A program made the translations under genes and the position numbers. DNA of 64,000 nt, taken from assembly GCA_965207895.1 (NCBI GenBank), contig CBDBNN010000003.1, forward strand, positions 1,111,268-1,175,267. The letters are read 5' to 3'. Below the pieces are notes generated by a model, which ran no database searches, had not been told where the DNA came from, and worked only from the letters and a program-made list of their open reading frames with translations. This document shows positions 42,605 through 51,142 of this stretch, piece by piece. Every line of letters starts with the position of its first letter. Positions within the stretch are counted from its first letter, which is position 1. Source of the DNA: Dehalococcoidia bacterium (GTDB lineage: Bacteria > Chloroflexota > Dehalococcoidia > UBA6926).

Positions 42605-45586
42605 ATGAGTCGCGCTGGAAGAGCAAGTCTCGGATGGAAGCTGATGGGTTGGCTCAGGCAAACGGTCACCCTTGCAGCGGTCATGGTTTTCATGACGGCC
42701 CTTCTGTCGTGCGGCGACGCATCAGACACGGTGAGGCTCGCAACCACAGGCGACTACCATCCGTTCAACTTCATCAACGAAGCCGAGCAGATTGACGGCC
42801 TTGAGAGGGAGTTGGGCGACGAACTCTGCCGCAGGGCTGAACTGGAGTGCGAATGGGTCCTGAATGACTGGGAGTCCATGATCCCTGACTTGGTGGCGGA
42901 GGATTTCGACGCCATCATCGCCGGCATGAGCATCACGGACGCCCGGGACGAAACCATCGACTTCACCCAGCCCTACTATCCGCCGGAGCCTTCGGTCTAC
43001 CTAGCGGTGGCTGGCGCGGGCGATGAGGCGACCCAGGGGAGATTGGGCGCGAACGCAAACACCATCTACTCCGACTATTTTACAAGAGAGGGCATCCCGT
43101 TTCGGTCCTTCGACGTGTCGGAGGATGACCACCTTGAAGCACTGTTCAAAGGCGATATCGACGCAATCCTCGTAGATCACGCCTACGCCGTCCAGAAGCG
43201 GGAGGAGTACGAAGGCAGACTGAATGTCGTGGGTCCTTCGATTCTCTTGGACCGCGGCATAGGCATAGGCTTGCGCAACGACAGTGAACTGTTGGCGAAG
43301 CTGAACTCTGCCTTAGCGTCCATGAAGGCCGACGGCTCGCTAGATGCCCTCATCGTCAAGTGGGTGGGCGAGGACGCAGCGACGTTCGGTAGAATCTCGG
43401 TGTCGTCCTCTGTACCAGCGCCGCCCGCCACGCCTGCGCCCACATCCACGCTGCCTCCCGAGCCGACTCCCACCCCTGAGCCACCATCCGCGCAGGAATT
43501 GCTGGACGCGACGACTGCGGCCATGAATAGCGTCGAGTCAGGCCACGGTGAGGTGGACGTGGCCGTCAAGTTGACGCAGGCGAACGAGACGGTGGACTTG
43601 ACATTGAGGATCGTGGGCGACTTCCAGGTCCCGGACCGCAACCAGGCGCAGCTCAGCTTCACCGCCGGCGGCATCACCGTGGAGTTCGAGGCGATCACCA
43701 TCGGCGACAAGACCTTCATGACGGACTTCATCACGGGTGAATGGACCGGCCTGCCCACGCTGCCCACGCCCTTCGGCAACGAACTGCTGGCAGCCGGGGC
43801 ATTCGGCACCGACTTCGGCTCGGAGGTAACCCAGGGGTTCGTCCCGGTAGGCGAGGAAAGTCTCGACGGCGAGAGCGTCTACCATCTGAGAGGCCCCGTG
43901 TCGGGTGAGGTCCTCGCCGAAATGCTGAACGATCCCAGCATCGGGAACGGCGAGGGCGAGGTGGAATACTGGATCGGGGTCGGAGACAGTCTCGTGCGCA
44001 AGGTCGTGATTGAGATGGAAGTGACCGAGGAAGACCCCATCACCAACACCACCGTTATGATGGCGATGACGGCCGTCACGGTTCTGTCCAACTACAACAA
44101 GCCCGTGGATATTCAGGAGCCGGAGGTGGAAGGCGAGGGCGTGTTCGGTGGGGACGACCATGGAGACTTTCTTGACGAGGCCACTACTGTAGCCCTCGGA
44201 GAGAGCGTCGAAGGCAACATATACGACACTGACTACGACCATGACTATTTCAGGTTTCAGGCCGAGGAGGGACAGAACTACGAAATAGTGGTAGACCACG
44301 GAACCCTAGAGTAAGCCTTGTTGACGCTCTACAACTCTACTTGGGAAGCGCTGACGTGGAGCGATGGCGACCAAGACGGCCGAAGCTCTCGGATTACGTG
44401 GGTTGCCCCCGACTCCGAGTGGTACTACGTTCTTGTCCAAGGCTACGGGTCCCCGGGTTCCTATTCCCTGACGGTCGTTCCCACCAGTGCTGCCACGCCA
44501 ACCGCTACTCCCACACCTGAGCCCACGGCCACCAGCGCCCCTGAGCCCGCCTACTCCATGCAACCGCACGTGTTCCTGAGAGTCGTGCTGGTTACGGAGG
44601 ACTGGGTGCCGTTCTCCAACCCAGGCGGCTGGACGCAGGCGGTGCCGCAGAAGGAGAGCGCAACGCTCCGGTATTACGAAGCGGCGATATGGGAGGAGAT
44701 GGACTCCGTTCACCTCTACGCCTTCCCCAACGACTACGATCCGCTCTACGGCGTCTTGGGAGACGTGTCCAAGGACGATATGATCGCCTACCGGGAGCAG
44801 TACTCCTTGAGCGTCCACACGGGGATGCCGGAGGAGTCATCGGATGAACGGAGCGACTTTCTGCGGAGCGCGTTCGAGGACTTCGCAGCAGTGCTAGTGG
44901 AACGCCATCCTCAGGCGGAGCATCACTTCATGTTCAGCGGCCATGGCGGCCCCGGCGGCGACCTCTTCGCAACGCAGATGAAGAACGCTGACGCAGATGC
45001 TTTTCTCGGGTCGTGGACGCGGCACTTGGGCAGGCCCTTGGGCGTCATCGACATGGGCGGACCGTGCAACAAGGGCGGCTACGAGGACCTAGCCAACTTC
45101 TGCAAGCACGCCCGTTACTACGTGGCGTCCGATCTGCCCAACGGTGGGTATTCGATGGACGAGTGGACGCCGGAGAAGCATTGGGAGACCAGCGAGGCGA
45201 AGCAGTACCACCGCATCCTTGCATCGAACGACACCCTGGAAGAGGCGCTCATCGAGCGCGTCAACCTTCGCAGGACGGACTACGAGTATTCCAGGCAGAA
45301 CCAGGCGAGAGACAGGGTGGCGCAGGCAAACTACGTGTACTCCTGCGTCGCCTTCAAGGACTTCAGCGCGGCGTTCGAGACCTTCCTCGACGACGCGACT
45401 ATTCCATACCCCTTGCATGACCTGTATGAGTTACTCGTGAGGCATCCGGCGCCGTCCAGCCTGCTGGAGAAGTTCCAGAAGGTCATCGTGCACGCCGTAG
45501 ACAACCGGGATTTCTTCGAGTGGAGCTTCCCTGCAAACGGCATGATCTCGCCGCTGGAGCGCATCTATCAGCGGCAGTCGCAGTAA
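42605..45586 (+). pseudogene. Multidomain lipoprotein (polar amino-acid SBP + LppX/LprA-like + PPC + clostripain-like peptidase) interrupted by an in-frame TAA at 44312-44314
   Basis: ORFs 42605-44314 and 44318-45586 share a frame; the stop falls inside a PPC domain (DHDYFRF...GTLE*ALLTLY...GSYSLTV); C-terminal FSGHGG and DMGGPC. Confidence 0.65.
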
Positions 45587-46587
45587 GTGGATTGGGGACC
45601 CGGGAAGGAACGTTGAAATGCCCGCCGATGTCCACCAAGCGATGAAATCGCGATTGCCCGTTGTGGCCGTTGGCCCGCATAGCGTGTTACGCGGTTACTT
45701 TTCCCTCGCGCTAAACAAGGTCGCCTAGCAGTCCGGTAGGGAGTGTCCAATAGGGAGGGCGTTCATATCCTCGCGCCAGCTCACAGCGTGTCCGGCTCGT
45801 TCCGCTTAAGGTCGGGGCGACCACGCCGTCTCGCGCCTCAGGGTACAACTTCCTACAATACAATCAATACAACAAAGTTGCGATGGAGCGTCAACTACTC
45901 ACTTGCCAAATTGCTCGTTCCAACCCCCGTCTCCCGACTGTTTCCTGTTGGAAACGGCCCTCATTGTATTCTGCAATGTAGTTTGATTCTCCTTACAGCC
46001 CGTGTAGGGTGAAAACCGTCCCTGAGCGATTGTAGTCTGACGCGTCAGCCCTTGCGCAGACACTCGCTTCGGCGTCGGTGCGCCCGACATCTCATTGATC
46101 TTCGCCGACTGGGGTTTCATCCCTCGTGCATCTCACCTACAGGCGCACGATATACCACTGATGTACCACGCTTCCCGACCTTCCCGTGTACAACATGTAC
46201 CACTTCAGCTAGGGCGCATGTACCACCCGTCGCAACCGGCCCCCGACAAAAAATGTTCGCCGTCATCGTCCCATAGGGGGCTGGATTCGCCCCGCGTCAG
46301 CTTTGAAAACCGCCCCGATGTACAACATGTACACGGGTTCGTTTCCGTGTACTGCCCCCTGACGTCCAGCTCGACTAATCCCAAGGTCATGGGCTGACGC
46401 ATCAACGGGCTAATGGTCCCATTACATCAATGTAGTCCCCTGCGAGGGGCTACAGGCGCGTAGTCCCTTCCGAGGGATACCGCTCGCTCTCCCAGGTCCG
46501 CAGACTGGTCTAAGGACGCCGGACATCCGGCGTCAACGGCGGTGAGGCCAGTCTGCAATCCCGCCGAGACCGACACGGAGGAGCGGG

Positions 46588-46800
46588 ATGAAGAGGTCCG
46601 TTAGAAAGAAACCAACAGCGTGCGTTCCTAAGTCACCGAGGAAATCATCGCCAGGGTACACCGCCGCGCAGCGAGAGCAACTGCGGCGTGCGCTACGTAT
46701 CCTGGCCCGGATGATCGTCCGCGCTCATCTGCGGGGTGAGATACCCGAGGCAGCGTCGCCGTCCACGAAGCCGCCGTCAGAGAAGGGGTCCGGCGGATGA
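46588..46800 (+). CDS. Small basic protein of mobile element A
   Basis: YTAAQREQLRRALRILARMIVRAHL is homologous to 55554-55820; GGAGGAG RBS. Confidence 0.6.
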   Translation: MKRSVRKKPTACVPKSPRKSSPGYTAAQREQLRRALRILARMIVRAHLRGEIPEAASPSTKPPSEKGSGG

Positions 46801-46985
46801 ACCGCCATGAAGCAAGCCCCGAATCCTCAACGCCGCGTCATCCTGGCGGCGGCTCAGGGCATCGTGATCACGGCCCCACCCCTACCACAAATCCCACCCC
46901 ATAACAACGGCTTCCAAGGCATTACATGCGAGCAATTTCCCGGTCAAGATGGGATGTTGGGACATCAGCAAGTTGAGGCATCGGA

Positions 46986-49031
46986 TTGGTAGCCACAGAT
47001 ACACGAACACAAGCATCGAACGGCGCGGCGCAGGCCGGAGCGGACCTCGACGGGGCGGTCCGGGACTACGTGCGCACCTACGCCGTGCTGCATGGCAGGC
47101 CCAAGGCGGCCGAGGCCCTCGGCGTCTCCCGCCACACCCTGTGGCGTTTCCTCAACCGGGGCCACGCGGGGCGGGCCATACCCCGAGCGGTGCTGGAACG
47201 CGTGGGCAAGAGCGCAGAGGCGCTGGAGGACGCTGAGGAGCGGTTGATACTCCAGGCGCAAGCCAAACGGCGACTGAAGGACGGCGGCCCGGTCGCCGAG
47301 CGGCGCACACGCCTTCTGCGCGAGGCCCTTGAGGACGCGCTGCGGCTGCTGTGCGCAACGCCCCTGGCCACCGTGGACGAACTCTCCCGCTTCGGCAGAG
47401 TCCCCACCTCCACTATGAGAGAACGCCTCGGCAAGCTCGCCAATCGGGGCCTGGTGGACTCCGTGTCGCACCAGTTGAGCGTTCTTGGCTCTCGACCCCA
47501 GCGCCGCTACTTCCCCACGAAGCAGGGCATCGTCGCCGGAGGGAGGATCGAGCACGGCACGGACCACTTCCTCAGCGAGTATCCGGTGTCCAGGCAGTGG
47601 TTCCGGCTGCTGGCCGAGCGCATGGACGCCGTGGCCGTCCTCTACCGCGTCGCCGCCATGATCGCCGACGCAGACCCGCATGAGAAGCCCGTGCGGGTGG
47701 ACCACTACCGCAGCGGCCCCTACGACATACTGCTCACTCTGTCCGGGGGACGCTCCATCGGCATCATCCGCCAGGGTGCGACCCTACCCACCTCCAACCT
47801 GCGCTACCGTCTCAGGAGCATAGAGCGCCTCCCCAGCCGGGAGAGGCCCTTCGCCACCCTGGTGCTGACCCACGCCGACCAGGCCACCCGCAGGGCGATA
47901 CGCTCACTGGGAGACCCCTCGGAGCACCGCAGGACCTTCGCGGCGACGGAAGGGGAGCTTCTGGCCGTTGCCCACACCGGCGCCGTCTGGCAACAGTGCG
48001 GAGACGGACGGGACAACGACCCGCCCGTGCGCATCGACCCCGGCGCGTCTCTTAGGAGCATCCTGGCGTGGATGGATCGGCTGTTGGACTCGTCCCATTC
48101 GTCCTTCCGCGACAACCCGAGGCCAGATCTCGAAGACCTCTACTCCTCCCGTGTGAAGGCCGCCATGCCGGAGCCTGCCCAGCAACTCACGTCCTCTATC
48201 TCGGCGCGGCTAACACGCGTCGGGAAGGACGCCCTGGACCTGCTGTCGGCATGGCCCCTGTGCACCCGTGAGCAGCTTGCGGGGCTGATGGGCGGCGTCA
48301 CCCTGCGCCGGGTCAACCAGGTGATCCGCTCCCTCCGTGAGCACGACCTCGTGCTGGAGGACGGCTCCCTCCTCATGCTCACCGACGAGGGGCTGACGCA
48401 CCTGGCCCGCCGGGACCGGGCCGCCGTCGGCCTCACCCTCGACCGCTGGAGCCCCGAACCATCGGACTCCAACCCCAACGTCTACGCAGGGACGGCCCTG
48501 CGTGCCCTGGCCGCCCAGTTCCGCCACCACGCCGGCGTCGTCGGCTTCGCTTCCGCCCTCTCAGCCGAGGTCGCCCGCTCCCCGGACTACGACCTGTTCG
48601 ACCTGCTGCCCACCCACCGCTCCAGCATCGGATACCGCTACGACCAGACGACCTACGCCATCCACCCCGACGCCTCCTTCACCCTGGAGTACAGAGGCGA
48701 GTGGCGTCCCTTCCTTCTGGAGTTCGAGCGGAGGGCCACCACGCCGAAACGCATCCCCAAACGCCTGAGGTCCTACCGACGCTACTTCCGGAGCGGCTGG
48801 GCAAAGCGAGACCACGAGGGACACCTGCCCCACGTGCTCTTCGTCTTCGAGTCCCCCGACAGCGAGACCGCCTTCCTCGACATCGCCGACAGCGTGGACG
48901 ACGCGCCCATCGTCACATCGAACACTGTGGACCTTGCCGAGCATGGCGTCCTGGGCAAATCGTGGATACTGCCGCCCCCATATTCCCTCCACAGAAGGCC
49001 CCTGGCCCTGACGTATCAGCCTGCGCAATGA
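46986..49031 (+). CDS. HTH + replication-relaxation (Replic_Relax)-like protein
   Basis: N-terminal HTH (AAEALGVSRHTLWRF), winged-helix segments, HH.GV, HPDA...FLLEFER. Confidence 0.65.
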   Translation: MVATDTRTQASNGAAQAGADLDGAVRDYVRTYAVLHGRPKAAEALGVSRHTLWRFLNRGHAGRAIPRAVLERVGKSAEALEDAEERLILQAQAKRRLKDGGPVAERRTRLLREALEDALRLLCATPLATVDELSRFGRVPTSTMRERLGKLANRGLVDSVSHQLSVLGSRPQRRYFPTKQGIVAGGRIEHGTDHFLSEYPVSRQWFRLLAERMDAVAVLYRVAAMIADADPHEKPVRVDHYRSGPYDILLTLSGGRSIGIIRQGATLPTSNLRYRLRSIERLPSRERPFATLVLTHADQATRRAIRSLGDPSEHRRTFAATEGELLAVAHTGAVWQQCGDGRDNDPPVRIDPGASLRSILAWMDRLLDSSHSSFRDNPRPDLEDLYSSRVKAAMPEPAQQLTSSISARLTRVGKDALDLLSAWPLCTREQLAGLMGGVTLRRVNQVIRSLREHDLVLEDGSLLMLTDEGLTHLARRDRAAVGLTLDRWSPEPSDSNPNVYAGTALRALAAQFRHHAGVVGFASALSAEVARSPDYDLFDLLPTHRSSIGYRYDQTTYAIHPDASFTLEYRGEWRPFLLEFERRATTPKRIPKRLRSYRRYFRSGWAKRDHEGHLPHVLFVFESPDSETAFLDIADSVDDAPIVTSNTVDLAEHGVLGKSWILPPPYSLHRRPLALTYQPAQ

Positions 49032-49776
49032 CCACGTTCTCCGTTCCGAACCCTTCCAATAGGGGCTGTCCCAGCAGCTTTGCTGGGACAACTTGCACAG
49101 GTGACCGGTCACCAATCTCCGCTACCGCGCTTAGATGTACAATCCGTTGCAGAACCGACCGGTCAGGCCAGTTTCCCCGCTGCGTCACACACCCCCGTCA
49201 CCATCGCCCCTCAGCTACGATCCCTGCCTACGACAGCCTCGCCCGGAGAACTCCGACTGAGCAGCAACTTGCCACAGGAGCATGTTCCAACTTCCCCACC
49301 GAGCCGTTCCCAGGACTTCCTATAGGGGACAAAAGGGCATTCCCACTACTTACCGTGTCAGCCCCCAACAGCTCCCAAAAGTACAATTCGTTGCAGAATA
49401 GGCGGGAGCGCCGATTACGCCGACTTCCACCTGTTGGACGCTCTCGGCGGGATGACCGGTCACTAATCTCTCTGCCGCCCTCCAAAGAGGTGTCCGCATT
49501 GCTTGCTGCGATGTGGCTCCGATGTGGCTATCCTGCCGACTTGCATTTCTGCAACTGACGCAAATCCCTGTACACCCCCACGACATCAAAACCGGCCTCC
49601 GAAGGCGTTCCCGGCGGCTTCAGAAGGGGTATCGACCGCCTCAACCTGCCCCCACCGGATCGCTCGTAGCGATGTCGCCTGGCCCGATTCTCGCCATCTC
49701 TCCCTTGACGGCAGGACTGCGGTTGCGAGATGATATAGAGTAAGACGCAGTGCCATATCAAGGGACAAAAGGAGCC

Positions 49777-49992
49777 ATGCCCGTCAAGCCCAGGAACACC
49801 GACACCGTAACCTTCTCGCTGCCGCCGGAGACTGCGCAGGAGCTTCGGGACGTGGCAACGGATGAGCAACGCACCGTGAGCGAGTTGCTCAGAGAGGCCA
49901 TACGCCTCTACATGGAGGAACGTGAGTGGCGCATAAAGGAGCGGATGCAACGACGGCGTTCACGCCAAACGAGACAGGACAGGGAAGGGTAA
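49777..49992 (+). CDS. Ribbon-helix-helix (CopG-like) regulator
   Basis: VTFSLPPE...RTVSELLREAIRLY. Confidence 0.85.
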   Translation: MPVKPRNTDTVTFSLPPETAQELRDVATDEQRTVSELLREAIRLYMEEREWRIKERMQRRRSRQTRQDREG

Positions 49993-49994
49993 AG

Positions 49995-51089
49995 ATGAGT
50001 CAGACGAATGACTGCACTCCCGTGGCCCTGTACACCAGGGTGCCGTCCCTCGTCGTCGTGCCGTTCTGCCTTATCGTCGTGATTCTTGCGGGTTGCGCCC
50101 AGGAATCTGCCCCCAACGAAACCGACCCCGTGATCGTGGGGTTGATCACCAAGACCGAAGGCAACCCCTTCTTCGTCACCATGGCCGAGGCGGCGCTTCA
50201 GCGTGCCGAGGAGCTTGACGTCGAGCTGCGCACGTACAGCGGCGCCTACGACGGGGATGCACAGGCGCAGATAGCGGCCATCGAAGAACTGGTCGGGGCG
50301 GGGGCGAAGGGCATCCTCATCACCCCGTCGGACCCGCTGGCTCTAGAACCGGCGGTCGCGCAAGCGCGTGCGGAGGGCCTGCTGGTGATCGCCCTCGACA
50401 CGCCCTTCGATCCGCCGGACACGGTTGACGCAACCTTCGCCACAGACAACTTCCGGGCCGGTGAGCTGATCGGCATCTGGGCACGGGAAAAGCTGGGACC
50501 GCTGGCGGCTCAGACCCGGATCGCGACGCTGGACGGCTACGAGACGCCGGTCACCGTCGATGTGATGCGCAACCAGGGCTTCCTCCACGGCTTCGGCATC
50601 GACATCAAGGACCCGGGGAGGAAGTACGACGAGGACGACCCGCGCATCGTCGGCAGCGCTACCACCATGGGCGCGGAAGCAGGCGGGCGCAGCGCGATGG
50701 AGCGCCTGATGCGCATGGACCCGTCGATACGACTGGTGTACGCCATCAACGAGCCCGCGGCGGCGGGAGCATACACGGCACTCCGTTCCATGGGGCTGGA
50801 GCGGGAGGTGCTGATCGTTACCATCGACGGTTCCTGCTCCGGCGTGAGCAGCGTCGCCAGGGGTGAGCTTGGAGCCACCGCAATGCAGTTTCCGGTCCGC
50901 ATGGCAGTGCAGGGCGTCGAAGCCGTGGTCGAGTTCGTACGGACCGGACAGAAGCCACAGCCCCCAACCGGGCGCGACTTCCACAATACGGGCGTGACGT
51001 TGGTGAGTGCGGAGCCGGTCGCCGGTGTGCCGTCCATTGACACCGAACAGGCCCTGACGGAGTGCTGGGGGGCGAGTCCAGCGGGGTGA
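49995..51089 (+). CDS. Sugar ABC transporter substrate-binding lipoprotein (FrcB/RbsB-like)
   Basis: LAGC lipobox, ITKTEGNPFF, ATDNF.AG, INEP.A.G, TIDG. Confidence 0.85.
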   Translation: MSQTNDCTPVALYTRVPSLVVVPFCLIVVILAGCAQESAPNETDPVIVGLITKTEGNPFFVTMAEAALQRAEELDVELRTYSGAYDGDAQAQIAAIEELVGAGAKGILITPSDPLALEPAVAQARAEGLLVIALDTPFDPPDTVDATFATDNFRAGELIGIWAREKLGPLAAQTRIATLDGYETPVTVDVMRNQGFLHGFGIDIKDPGRKYDEDDPRIVGSATTMGAEAGGRSAMERLMRMDPSIRLVYAINEPAAAGAYTALRSMGLEREVLIVTIDGSCSGVSSVARGELGATAMQFPVRMAVQGVEAVVEFVRTGQKPQPPTGRDFHNTGVTLVSAEPVAGVPSIDTEQALTECWGASPAG

Positions 51090-51142
51090 GCAGACTCCGC
51101 TCTCGCGACACCGACAACATGACCAATATGAAGGAGAAGCCA

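Noticed and set aside
44312-44314. Recoding (Sec/Pyl) of the internal stop
   Set aside because: The codon is TAA, not TGA or TAG, and it is not at a catalytic position.
38490-45620. Further att half-sites at ~38527, ~39320, ~42575 and ~45592
   Set aside because: G-runs are present, but there is no ACTGCGAAC-like arm at the 13-nt spacing.
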